A stretch of DNA of 64,000 nt from Candidatus Gastranaerophilales bacterium (GCA_944323485.1 CALUSR010000001.1:482123-546122), one strand, 5' to 3'. Positions 27,238-36,816 are shown, counted from the stretch's first letter. Made by a program: numbers and translations. The notes: a model not told the origin generated them from the letters alone.

Positions 27238-27465
27238 ATGGAAATAAATAATTGGTCAAACAAAGAAATAATAAAATTATTAACGGCAAGAGCAGGTATA
27301 ACTCAAAAGAAGTTGTCAGAGCTTTTGTGTGAGAAGTTTTCTAAAGAATATTCTTCAAGTAATTTTTATCATAAAATTTTAAAAAATAATTTAAAATTAG
27401 AGGAACTGCAAGCTATCTGTGAAGTGCTCGGGTATAACCTTCTTTTGGAGAAAAAAGAGAAATAG
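27238..27465 (+). CDS. Small HTH (XRE-like) DNA-binding protein
   Basis: IKLL..RAGITQKKLSELL.......S..N...K..KN.LK.EEL..IC..LGY.L pattern. Confidence 0.75.
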   Translation: MEINNWSNKEIIKLLTARAGITQKKLSELLCEKFSKEYSSSNFYHKILKNNLKLEELQAICEVLGYNLLLEKKEK

Positions 27466-27477
27466 TCTTTATTTATA

Positions 27478-27503
27478 CGTTACTCTGAGCACAGCGAAGA
27501 GTC
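27478..27503 (+). repeat. REP-like palindromic unit
   Basis: CGTTACTCTGAGCACAGCGAAGAGTC. Confidence 0.65.
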
Positions 27504-27557
27504 TTTTGGATTAATGTCATATAGAGCTGTCTTTTTAGAGGACAAATCTTGATGAGG

Positions 27558-27721
27558 TTTTGTTCATTTCTTTCTTTTTGTTGCGACCAAAAAGAAAGAA
27601 ACGAACAAAAGAAAGAAAAAGCGCAGCCAAAACGAAATCTGGAATTTTTCTCCTGAAACTCTGAAAGTCGCTGTGCTCCACAGAGTTTCAACAAAAAAAT
27701 TCCGATTTCGTAATCTGTTAG
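27558..27721 (+). repeat. ~165-nt structured dispersed repeat, copy B
   Basis: Colinear with 12109-12274; compensatory change in the GAAACTCTG/CAGAGTTTC stem. Confidence 0.8.
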
Positions 27722-27748
27722 ATGATTTTTGCCTTAGAATGCCTCTCT

Positions 27749-27830
27749 CCGTCATATAGAGTGCAGGTGAAATATTTCTTTCAACAACTACAAAAAGATT
27801 CTTCGGTCACTGCGTTCCCTCAGAATGACG
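27749..27830. repeat. Inverted pair of CGTC-type REP-like units
   Basis: CCGTCATATAGAGTGCAGGTGAAATATTT ... AGATTCTTCGGTCACTGCGTTCCCTCAGAATGACG. Confidence 0.6.
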
Positions 27831-27838
27831 GTGGTATG

Positions 27839-28879
27839 TCATTTTATGAACATGCAATCTCCGTAGCTGTAAAATCTGTATTTCATCTCAATTGCCTGTT
27901 TGTAAGCTTTAAAAATTTTATCCCTGCCAGCAAGAGCTGATACAAGCATCAAAAGCGTTGATTTTGGCAGGTGGAAATTTGTGATTAGTTTATCGATGAC
28001 TTTGAATTCATACCCGGGGTAGATGAACATTTCACTTGAGTCATGGCAGGCTTTTATTTCGCCGTATTTTTGATATGCGCTCTCAAGAGTTCTGACAGTT
28101 GTTGTCCCGACTGCGACGATATTTTTTCCCATGGCTTTTGCATTGTTTATCAAGTCGGCTGTTTCCTGCGTGATTTCATAGGTTTCTGAGTCCATTTTGT
28201 GGTCGAGGATGTTTTCGCATTTTACCGGTCTGAATGTGCCAAGTCCTACATTCAGTGTTATATAACCTATTTTTACTCCTTTGTTTTCAAGTTTTCCAAG
28301 AATCTCCGTTGAAAAATGCAGCCCTGCCGTTGGTGCTGCAACAGATCCTCTGTTTTTTGCATAAACAGTTTGATATCTTTCATAGTCGAGGTGCTTTATT
28401 TGCTCATCACTCAGTTTTCTTTCGATATAAGGCGGAAGAGGGATGTTTCCGACTCTGTCGAGGATTGAATAGAAGTCGCCGTCATAGACAAGCTCGACCA
28501 TCCATTTATCATTAGGAATTCGTTCAATAATTTCTGCTTTCAGCTCTTCGCTGAATTTTATGATGGTTTCGTTTTTAACCCGTTTTGATGGTTTTATGAG
28601 TGCTTCCCATTTTTTGCCGTCAGTATTTTTGAGCAGGAAAACTTCTATTTTGGCTCCTGTATCTTTCTCGCCAAGAAGACGAGCCGGTATAACTTTTGTG
28701 TTGTTGAGTATCAGAACATCGTCTTCGGAAAGAAAATCGACTATATCGTAGAAGTGTTTATGTTCAATTTTGTCTGATTGTCTGTCAAGGACAAGCATAC
28801 GGGACAGTTCCCGTTTTTGAGTCGGGAACTGTGCAATCAATTCTTCCGGAAGATTATAGTCAAATTCGCTTATGTTCAT
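27839..28879 (-). CDS. queA: tRNA preQ1(34) S-adenosylmethionine ribosyltransferase-isomerase
   Basis: FDY.LPEELIAQ.P, PLPPYI.R, RYQTVYA...GSVAAPTAGLHF, TNFHLPKSTL, YRFYSYGD. Confidence 0.97.
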   Translation of the reverse strand: MNISEFDYNLPEELIAQFPTQKRELSRMLVLDRQSDKIEHKHFYDIVDFLSEDDVLILNNTKVIPARLLGEKDTGAKIEVFLLKNTDGKKWEALIKPSKRVKNETIIKFSEELKAEIIERIPNDKWMVELVYDGDFYSILDRVGNIPLPPYIERKLSDEQIKHLDYERYQTVYAKNRGSVAAPTAGLHFSTEILGKLENKGVKIGYITLNVGLGTFRPVKCENILDHKMDSETYEITQETADLINNAKAMGKNIVAVGTTTVRTLESAYQKYGEIKACHDSSEMFIYPGYEFKVIDKLITNFHLPKSTLLMLVSALAGRDKIFKAYKQAIEMKYRFYSYGDCMFIK

Positions 28880-30351
28880 ACCAGTTGCGGCTGTTTGTGT
28901 ATATTAACTGCCTGCTCAAAGTTGTAAGCAAGGTTGAGCATTTTTTCTTCCGATAAGACAGGACCGACTATTTGAAGCCCTATCGGCATATTTTGTTTAT
29001 CAAATCCGCAAGGCAAGCTCATTGCGGGTACACCTGCCATGTTTGCAGTGATTGTACAGATGTCCATCAGATACATGCTAAGCGGGTCTGCTGTTTTTGA
29101 ATTCAGTTCAAATGCGGTAGTCGGGCATGTCGGAGAAATCATGAAGTCGACTTTTTCAAATGCTTTATCAAAATCCTCTTTGATAAGAGTTCTGATTTGC
29201 TGTGCTTTTTTGTAGTAAGCATCATAGTAACCCGAGCTGAGGGCATAAGTTCCGAGCATTATACGTCTTTTTACTTCATCTCCGAAACCTTCTGCTCTTG
29301 TTTTCATATACATTTCGATGAGGCTTTTGGCATCTTTGTGGCGGTAACCGTATCTTACGCCGTCGTAGCGTGCAAGGTTCGAGCTTGCTTCCGCTGTTGC
29401 GATGATGTAGTAGGTTCCGATTGTATATTTAACATGCGGGATAGAAATTTCGATTATTTCAGCGCCCATTTTTTCGTATTCTTTGAGGGCATTTGAGATG
29501 CTTTCCTGAACTTCAGGCTGGACTCCTTCTCCCATAAGCTCTTTGATGATGCCGATTTTTGTTCCTTTGATATCTTTACCGAGGGCCTGTGTGTATTTCG
29601 GAACTTCGAGGTTGATAGATGTAGAGTCCATTTTATCGTATCCGCAAATTACTTCTAAGAGAGCCGCCACATCTTCGACAGAACGTCCCATCGGACCTAT
29701 TTGATCCAAACTGCTTGCAAAAGCCATAAGTCCATATCGTGATACTTTGCCATAAGTTGGTTTTAATCCGACAATGCCGCAGAAACTTGCCGGAAGTCTG
29801 ATACTTCCGCCGGTATCTGAGCCTAGAGAAACGGTTGCTTCAAGAGCGCTTACCGATGAAGCGGAGCCTCCTGAGCTGCCACCGGGAACTTTATTCAAGT
29901 CCCACGGGTTTTTTGTTACTTTAGTTGCGCTGTTTTCTGTCGAGCTGCCCATTGCAAATTCGTCCATATTTGCTTTACCGACGATAGGGATGAGGTTTGC
30001 TTTCAGTTTTTTTACAACAGTTGCATCATAAGGAGATACGAAGTTTTCGAGAATTTTACTGCTTGCTGTTGTCGGGTAGTCTTTTATGACCATATTATCT
30101 TTAAGAGCAAGCGGAATACCTGCGAGAGTCGGGAGCTGTTCTCCTTTTGAAATTTTTTCATCAACTTTTTTTGCTGTTTCGTAGGCAAGATCTTTTGTCA
30201 GGCAGTTATAAGATTGTACTTTCGGTTCTACCTGTTCGATTCTTTTATATGTTTCATCAAGCAATTCTTTTGCTGAGATTTCTTTATTCAAAAGTGCCTG
30301 TGTTTGCTCTTTTGCTGTTTTTTCTATTATACTCACTCTCATATGCTCCAT
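28876..30351 (-). CDS. gatA: Asp/Glu-tRNA amidotransferase subunit A
   Basis: GKANMDEFAMGSSTE, PGGSSGGS, GSDTGGSIRLPA, SSNLARYDGVRYG, EVKRRIMLGTY. Confidence 0.96.
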   Translation of the reverse strand: MEHMRVSIIEKTAKEQTQALLNKEISAKELLDETYKRIEQVEPKVQSYNCLTKDLAYETAKKVDEKISKGEQLPTLAGIPLALKDNMVIKDYPTTASSKILENFVSPYDATVVKKLKANLIPIVGKANMDEFAMGSSTENSATKVTKNPWDLNKVPGGSSGGSASSVSALEATVSLGSDTGGSIRLPASFCGIVGLKPTYGKVSRYGLMAFASSLDQIGPMGRSVEDVAALLEVICGYDKMDSTSINLEVPKYTQALGKDIKGTKIGIIKELMGEGVQPEVQESISNALKEYEKMGAEIIEISIPHVKYTIGTYYIIATAEASSNLARYDGVRYGYRHKDAKSLIEMYMKTRAEGFGDEVKRRIMLGTYALSSGYYDAYYKKAQQIRTLIKEDFDKAFEKVDFMISPTCPTTAFELNSKTADPLSMYLMDICTITANMAGVPAMSLPCGFDKQNMPIGLQIVGPVLSEEKMLNLAYNFEQAVNIHKQPQLV

Positions 30352-30455
30352 TGGTGTAGTTTATTTACAATATTATTTTAAAAAAAAGTTTTACCAATGT
30401 CATCCTAAAAATTTTATGATTTAATAAAGAGTAGATTGAATACGGGGCGGAAGCT

Positions 30456-31688
30456 ATGAAAGAGAAGTCATTTGAAATAATTAAACAAGCTGAAAATAAG
30501 TTAACAAAACAATTTGAGAGAGCGGCGCATATTGCGTTCGTCAATCAGGAAAAAGTGCTGAAAGCCTTTCAAGAAGTAAAAATAGGCGAAGAGCATTTTT
30601 ATTCTGTCAGCGGATACGGGCATGATGATTTAGGGCGTGAGGCGATTGATAATATTTTTGCGAAAGTTTTCCATGCCGAAAAAGCTATTGTCAGAAACCA
30701 TTTTGTATCAGGCACTCACACTCTTGCATGTGTTTTGTTTGGTAATTTGCGCTATGGAGAGGAACTCGTGAGCATCGCAGGTGCACCTTATGACACGATG
30801 GAGGAGGTCATCGGGAAAAGAGGGAATATAAGGGCTTCCTTAATCGGGCATGGTGTGAAATACAAGGAAATTCCTCTTAAAGACGGAATGGATGTTGATT
30901 TGGAGGCGATTGAAGATTATATTACAAAAGATTCAAAAGTTGCTTTGATACAACGTTCGAGGGGGTATAGCCTTCGAAAACCTCTTACTGTTGAGATGAT
31001 TGCAGAAATAGTGAAGAGGGTAAAAGCAAAAAATCCTGATTGTATTTGTTTTGTAGATAACTGCTACGGAGAGTTTGTCGAAGAATTGGAGCCTACTGAT
31101 GTTGGTGCTGATATTCTTGCCGGTTCGCTCATTAAAAACCCCGGCGGCGGTATTGTTGAAACAGGCGGGTATATCGCCGGAAAAGAAGAATTTGTTGATA
31201 TGGCGGCAATGAGGCTGACTGCTCCCGGTATAGGGTCAAAAGGCGGAGCTATGTTGAATCAGTCACGTTTGATTTTGCAGGGTATTTTTATGGCGCCTGC
31301 GATTGTTGCTGAGGCTGTAAAGGGTGCTTTGCTAGCTGCTGAAGTTCTTGAGATGATAGGGTTCAAGACATCTCCTCTCGTAGATGAGAAGAGGACAGAT
31401 ATAATCCAGACAATTGAGTTTGGTTCACCTGAGCCGTTGATTGAGTTTTGCAAAACTCTGCAGTCGTATAGTCCTGTTGACTCTTATTTGACGCCGATAC
31501 CTGATGAAGTTCCCGGGTATGATGACAAGTTGATTATGGCGGGCGGAAGTTTTATTGAAGGCTCGACAATTGAGTTGTCTGCAGATGGTCCTCTTAGAGC
31601 TCCTTATGTTGCTTATATGCAGGGCGGGCTGAATTATTCTCATGTCAAACTTGCTATAGGCGGTTTTTTGGATTCTTATTTAAAATAA
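30456..31688 (+). CDS. Methionine gamma-lyase family / aluminium-resistance (YnbB-like) PLP enzyme
   Basis: GYG.DD.GR, FVSGTH, IQRSRGYS.R, FVDNCYGEFVE, AGSLIKNPGGG. Confidence 0.9.
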   Translation: MKEKSFEIIKQAENKLTKQFERAAHIAFVNQEKVLKAFQEVKIGEEHFYSVSGYGHDDLGREAIDNIFAKVFHAEKAIVRNHFVSGTHTLACVLFGNLRYGEELVSIAGAPYDTMEEVIGKRGNIRASLIGHGVKYKEIPLKDGMDVDLEAIEDYITKDSKVALIQRSRGYSLRKPLTVEMIAEIVKRVKAKNPDCICFVDNCYGEFVEELEPTDVGADILAGSLIKNPGGGIVETGGYIAGKEEFVDMAAMRLTAPGIGSKGGAMLNQSRLILQGIFMAPAIVAEAVKGALLAAEVLEMIGFKTSPLVDEKRTDIIQTIEFGSPEPLIEFCKTLQSYSPVDSYLTPIPDEVPGYDDKLIMAGGSFIEGSTIELSADGPLRAPYVAYMQGGLNYSHVKLAIGGFLDSYLK

Positions 31689-31828
31689 TAAAAACCGAAG
31701 CGTTTTGTTGTTTTGGCGCTTCGGCGATGAATAATATAAATATGGATTATATTATTATTTTATTGTATTTGATGAAATGAATGCAAATATAAATATATCA
31801 TTTTTACAAATTGATATTATATATTTAT

Positions 31829-33439
31829 TCAGGCATTTGTTGAGAGTTTTTGATTTGATTCTTTGTCTTTGTTTTTCGGTTCATCAATCAGACGAACAAA
31901 GCCTTTTTTGCCTGTGAGTTTTTCTGTTATGAAATATTGGGTTTTGGGAATAATTGTTGAGAGGAAAGCAGCTGATATGACCATTCCTATTCCCCAGAAA
32001 CCTACTTTTGTGATGAAATTTCGGTTTTTCATTTTTTGAAGAAAATCAGGCGTGATATTTTTGAGATTTTCTTTTTTTGCTTGTTCGATTATACTTTCGC
32101 AGTAGTCAAAAATTTGTTTTCTTGTTGCGTCAATTTTCTTTTGAGATATGAATTTTGAATGGTTAAGAGCTCTTCCTCCGGTTGCTGTGTTAATGAGATT
32201 GTTAATTGTATCTCCGTCATTGAGCAATCCGTTTTTGAATACACTTTTAATTTGTGATGGAGTCAGGATACTCTCATTTGCTTTTTGTGGCTGTAGTTTT
32301 GCAAGTTTTTCAGCATTTTCTTTTATTGTTTGGGCTGTAGTTTTGTCTGTTATGTTGTCGTCAATGAATTGCGACAGATGTTTGAGTGTAATAATTCCGT
32401 TTTCTTCCAGTTTTGCGGCCTGTTTGACCAGTTGTTCATCCGTAAGATATGAACCAAAAAGACCTTTTTGAAATTCTTCGAGAGGAATTTCATCCATATT
32501 TCTCCAATCCAGAACTTTTTTGTTTACGGGATTTTTTATGAGATTTGTGAGGCTGTCGACTGTGGTCGGATCCAGTTTTGAATTTTTGCCCTGCAGCGGG
32601 TCTATTTTATTTAACAGTGCAACTATAAGAGGAGTTGACCCAACATAGAAAAAGCTTGAGGATAAGTCTCTAAATATACGTTCAATTTTTTCATATTTAT
32701 TAGGTGCATTATATACTCTGCCTGCAAACAGTCCTGCGTCTACGGTAAGCAGATTTACAATGTGGTTATTTTCCATGTTGTATAAGATAGTGTTTGCTAT
32801 GCTGTCAAAGCCTTTGAAAGAAACATTCCGGCTGTTGTTTTGTTTTGTTTCATTAAGAAATTCTTCCATGGACTGAGGTCTGTGGGCTTTGAACATTTGT
32901 GAGTCCTTTTTTGGAAGACGGTTTTGAGAGGTAAGAGTGGGAGGGTTTTGTTTTGCCTTATCTATTCTTTTTTGAGTCTGGTTTTGGACAATTTTCGGAA
33001 GAACCATGCCCATAAAATACACTGTAGCAAACGAGCTTGCGAGAATTTTTCCGAGTTTCAGCCCCATGAGTTTATTTTTTTGTTTTTGGGGAAGGTGTCC
33101 TATTGCGTCCTGCATAGGGTATCTTATGTTGTCTTTCCCCATATCAAACTGAAAGTTTTTGACTTTAAAGACTTTATTTATGAGAAAATCAGTTCCTTTG
33201 TTGAGAGCAGGGATGCCCCATAACCAGCCTATAGAGCTGATGGATTCTTCTGTTGCCCGTTCTTTTGCCTCGAGTGCTCCTCCCCGTTTGTATGCTTGGT
33301 AGGTTCTTCCTGTCAGGACGGAGCCTTCGAGTATTACGACAGGCATAAGCGCCGCACCGGTTGTAAGAGCCGTTGCGGTCTTTTGTATGTTTTTGTTATT
33401 TACGATATTTGTTATTATTTTGTTTGCAGATATAGGCAC
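31829..33439 (-). CDS. Hypothetical multi-pass membrane protein (536 aa)
   Basis: Long ORF with several hydrophobic segments; no family recognised. Confidence 0.75.
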   Translation of the reverse strand: MPISANKIITNIVNNKNIQKTATALTTGAALMPVVILEGSVLTGRTYQAYKRGGALEAKERATEESISSIGWLWGIPALNKGTDFLINKVFKVKNFQFDMGKDNIRYPMQDAIGHLPQKQKNKLMGLKLGKILASSFATVYFMGMVLPKIVQNQTQKRIDKAKQNPPTLTSQNRLPKKDSQMFKAHRPQSMEEFLNETKQNNSRNVSFKGFDSIANTILYNMENNHIVNLLTVDAGLFAGRVYNAPNKYEKIERIFRDLSSSFFYVGSTPLIVALLNKIDPLQGKNSKLDPTTVDSLTNLIKNPVNKKVLDWRNMDEIPLEEFQKGLFGSYLTDEQLVKQAAKLEENGIITLKHLSQFIDDNITDKTTAQTIKENAEKLAKLQPQKANESILTPSQIKSVFKNGLLNDGDTINNLINTATGGRALNHSKFISQKKIDATRKQIFDYCESIIEQAKKENLKNITPDFLQKMKNRNFITKVGFWGIGMVISAAFLSTIIPKTQYFITEKLTGKKGFVRLIDEPKNKDKESNQKLSTNA

Positions 33440-33535
33440 AGTTAATTTTTTGGTATATATATTTTTCCTTCCAAAATAATTAAATATTCCTGAAAGAAAA
33501 TTTTTAATACTTTACCAAAAAATTGTAATAAATAT

Positions 33536-33835
33536 TTAATTTAGACATTTTTGAAGATATTCTAGGGTTTTAATTTTGTTGTCATAGAGGTATTTGATGA
33601 AGTCTATGTATTGGAAATTGTTGCCTGAGACAGTGATATTTATTTCAAAGCCGTCAGAGCAAAAAGGTTCATAGTCATATACCACATAGCTGTTATATTT
33701 ACTTTTCCATTCTTTTTTTTCTATTCTGCAGTTATTTTCGTACACAATTGATTCGAACCAAAAAACGAGATCTTTTGATATGTTCTTGAATTCGAAAGTA
33801 TTCGGAGGTGTACTTCTGTAGTTTTCGGTTAACAT
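33536..33835 (-). CDS. Hypothetical protein (99 aa)
   Basis: ORF in the same orientation as its neighbours; no motif recognised. Confidence 0.6.
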   Translation of the reverse strand: MLTENYRSTPPNTFEFKNISKDLVFWFESIVYENNCRIEKKEWKSKYNSYVVYDYEPFCSDGFEINITVSGNNFQYIDFIKYLYDNKIKTLEYLQKCLN

Positions 33836-33953
33836 TTTCTTAGCTCCAGTTGCATGACAAAAAACAAGCTTACTTTTAAAGTTTAAAGCAATTTCTGTTT
33901 TTTTTTGATGTGCAAAAGTAGTGGTAAGAAAAGGCTATTTTTTGAAAACTATT

Positions 33954-34784
33954 CTAAACATTTAAACTATCAATTTCGTCAACGCCGAGGCGTCCGAGAT
34001 GTGCTGAGATGTCATCGATATGATGGAAAAGTCTTGCTTCTATGGTTTTTGGTTCTACAATAGCCCCCCAGTCGATTCTTCCGTGGTGAGAAGCAATGAT
34101 GTGGGCAAGTTTGTCGAACCCGTTGTTGTTTGCCCAGCTGAAACCGTAGTAAATATGGCTAAGCCAGCTTTGGTCAAACTTTTCGTTTCTTTGAATATCT
34201 CCTGTTTCCTCGTCTACTTCGTATTCGAACATCTTTCCGAGGTCATGGGTTATACAGGCAGCAAGAACAAGTTCTCTGTCAATTTTTTGATAAGTTATTT
34301 CAAAAAGTTTTTGAGAAATATCGAGGCATTCGTTTATATGAAGAAGAAGTCCTCCTACGTAGTTGTGGTGCATTCTTTCCGCTGCTGAAGATATTTTCAG
34401 GAGTTTTTCGTTTTTTGAGAGTTCTTCGAGAATTGCTGTTTTGAGTTTTTCGTTTTTGAAGGAGTTTGTTGTTGAGATTAGACGTTCATACAGTTTATCT
34501 CTCGTTTGAGGAGGAAGTCCTACAGGTGATTCTTTGACGAGTTTAAGTTTGGTGATGGTATAGGTGTTGAAATTTTCTTTGAATACAAAACTGATTACAT
34601 TGATGATATTACCGTTTTTTATAACATTATCTTCAAGAGAGGCAATCATATCTTCCCATATAACGCATTTATATTCTTCTCCCGTTGATAAACTGCGCAG
34701 GTAGAATCGTTTCATATTTTTGTTATCACGTGTTTTGTCAGATATAAGATTTTTTATTTTGTAGTCATGGTTTTGTTCAAGCAT
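33954..34784 (-). CDS. OB-fold plus HD-domain protein (YhaM-like 3'-5' exoribonuclease)
   Basis: SAA..MHHNY.GGLL.H, A..HDLGK, HII.SHHG..DWG...EP.T.EA...H.IDD motifs. Confidence 0.85.
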   Translation of the reverse strand: MLEQNHDYKIKNLISDKTRDNKNMKRFYLRSLSTGEEYKCVIWEDMIASLEDNVIKNGNIINVISFVFKENFNTYTITKLKLVKESPVGLPPQTRDKLYERLISTTNSFKNEKLKTAILEELSKNEKLLKISSAAERMHHNYVGGLLLHINECLDISQKLFEITYQKIDRELVLAACITHDLGKMFEYEVDEETGDIQRNEKFDQSWLSHIYYGFSWANNNGFDKLAHIIASHHGRIDWGAIVEPKTIEARLFHHIDDISAHLGRLGVDEIDSLNV

Positions 34785-34886
34785 TTTTCAGCGACCTCCT
34801 CTTTTATATAATCTTAGCAAAGTAGTAGTACATATCCAAATATTTTTATAATAGAATAATTCTGATAGTAAAAAAGAGGGAAAATT

Positions 34887-35732
34887 TTGCAAAATATTCT
34901 ATATTTAGGTCCTGTTGGAACAAATTCTCATATGGCTGCAGAGGAATTTATCAAAACAGAAAAGATAGATGATGCAAAATTGATTCCTTGCGGAACCATA
35001 AAGAGTATTATACAGGAAATTGACCAAAATTCTGATTTAACGGCAATTGTTCCGATAGAAAATTCTATAGAAGGTGTTGTTCGAGAAACTCTTGATAATG
35101 TAATCAGGACAAAAGATAAGAGTGTTGTTATTTCAAAAGAGATGGTGTTTCCCATACATCATTGTTTGATATCAAAAGCAAAAGATATTTCTGCAATAAA
35201 AACAATTATCTCCCATCCTCAGGCAATAGCACAGTGCCGGGGTTTTATTCTGAAAACTTTCGGCGACGGCATAAAGGTAATGAATGCTCCGAGCACATCT
35301 GATGCTGTTGTATCTCTTATTGAAAAAGACGGAACTTTTGCTGCAATAGGGAATGCAAAGGCTGCTGAGTTTTATGGTATACCTGTGTTGAAATCTAATA
35401 TAAATGATGAAGATGATAATAAAACGAGATTTGTTTATTTGTCTAGAAATTTGGTGCAGCCAACGGGAAGGGATAAAACATCGATTGTATTTTCGACAGA
35501 TAACAAACCTGGGGCGCTTGTCAGAATATTGGATGTGTTTAGAAAAGAAAATGTCAATTTGTCATATATTGATTCCAGACCTTCGAAGAGGGACTTGAAG
35601 GAATACGGACCTTATATCTTTTTTGTTGATTGTGATATACATTGTTCGGATGAAAAATTTCGGCAGGTTCTTTGTGAGATAAAACCTTTTATTACCTTTT
35701 ATCGATGTATTGGTTCATATCCAAGGGTATAA
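34887..35732 (+). CDS. pheA: Prephenate dehydratase
   Basis: YLGP.GT.S, VPIENSIEG.V, SHPQA.AQC, N.TRF, ACT domain N.PGAL...L..F....VNL..I.SRPSK. Confidence 0.93.
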   Translation: MQNILYLGPVGTNSHMAAEEFIKTEKIDDAKLIPCGTIKSIIQEIDQNSDLTAIVPIENSIEGVVRETLDNVIRTKDKSVVISKEMVFPIHHCLISKAKDISAIKTIISHPQAIAQCRGFILKTFGDGIKVMNAPSTSDAVVSLIEKDGTFAAIGNAKAAEFYGIPVLKSNINDEDDNKTRFVYLSRNLVQPTGRDKTSIVFSTDNKPGALVRILDVFRKENVNLSYIDSRPSKRDLKEYGPYIFFVDCDIHCSDEKFRQVLCEIKPFITFYRCIGSYPRV

Positions 35733-35904
35733 ACTTTGTTTTATGGATTTTTAAAACAGTTATTGTTTTAAAAAAGATAGCCTAAGTGGTTAATTTTATA
35801 AAAATAGTATTTTAAATAATATTATAAATAAGTTATTTCACTTATATAAAATCAGTGATTATAATTTATTGTATAAAGATAGAGATATATTAGGAAGGTA
35901 GAGA

Positions 35905-36585
35905 ATGACAGCTGTCACAAAAACTAAACCGCTAAACATTTTTATTGTCGAAGATTATAAACTGACAAGAGTAGGTTTACGTTCTGCGTTGAACGAATTT
36001 GAAGGAATTAACGTTGTAGGCGAATCAGAAACTGCTGAAGAAGGACTCGAGTTGATAAAAGAGCTAAAGCCTGATGTTGTTTTGATGGATTTGGGTTTGC
36101 CAGGCATGAACGGAATAGAAGCAACTCAGAAAATAAGAGAATTTTCAAATGATATAAAAATTATTATCCTCACATCTCATGAAAGAGAAGAAGAGGTGCT
36201 TGCTTCAATGGGGTCAGGGGCTCATGCTTATTGTCTTAAGGATATAGAGCCGATAAACCTTGTGAATGTTCTGACCTCGGTAGGCGGCGGAGCTGCTTGG
36301 TTTGACCCTGCAATTTCCAGATATGCGCTGAACTTATTCCCAAGACCTGAGTCTACAAAAGTTTTAAATTCATCTGATGTACATGATGCAAGAGCTCAGC
36401 TGACAGAGAGGGAACTCGAAGTTTTGAGATTGCTTGTGAAAGGAAAGAGCAATACAGAGATTGCAAAGGACTTGATAGTAAGTGTTCATACTGCTAAAGC
36501 TCATGTCTGCAGCATATTGCAAAAGTTGTGTGTAGATGACAGAGTGCAGGCAGCCGTTAAGGCTATAAGAGAAAATATTATTTAA
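35905..36585 (+). CDS. NarL/LuxR-family response regulator (orphan)
   Basis: REC domain (VED, PDVVLMDLGLPGMNG) plus LTERELEVL.LL..GKSN.EIA..L..S..T.K.HV..IL.KL. Confidence 0.93.
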   Translation: MTAVTKTKPLNIFIVEDYKLTRVGLRSALNEFEGINVVGESETAEEGLELIKELKPDVVLMDLGLPGMNGIEATQKIREFSNDIKIIILTSHEREEEVLASMGSGAHAYCLKDIEPINLVNVLTSVGGGAAWFDPAISRYALNLFPRPESTKVLNSSDVHDARAQLTERELEVLRLLVKGKSNTEIAKDLIVSVHTAKAHVCSILQKLCVDDRVQAAVKAIRENII

Positions 36586-36629
36586 AAAGAAAAGTGCTAG
36601 TTACCCATTCACCTATTTATTGGATAGAT

Positions 36630-36655
36630 GCGGCAGAAGTCTGCCGCTTTTTTTT
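36630..36655 (+). terminator. Intrinsic terminator
   Basis: GCGGCAG-AAGT-CTGCCGC followed by a T-run. Confidence 0.8.
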
Positions 36656-36667
36656 ATTTTTTTGCAA

Positions 36668-36697
36668 TAAAAAAACCTCCAAGGGGTTAGAGGTTTT
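36668..36697 (-). terminator. Intrinsic terminator (minus strand)
   Basis: AAAACCUCU-AACCCCUU-GGAGGUUUUUU. Confidence 0.7.
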
Positions 36698-36816
36698 AAG
36701 TCCAAAATAGAGAGTTAGAGGTCTCACTTACTTAGCTTTATACTATCATTATAGTATTTTTTTTGAAAAAGAAAAGAGTTTCAAATGTAAAAAATACACT
36801 TATTTATTTTTAATGT

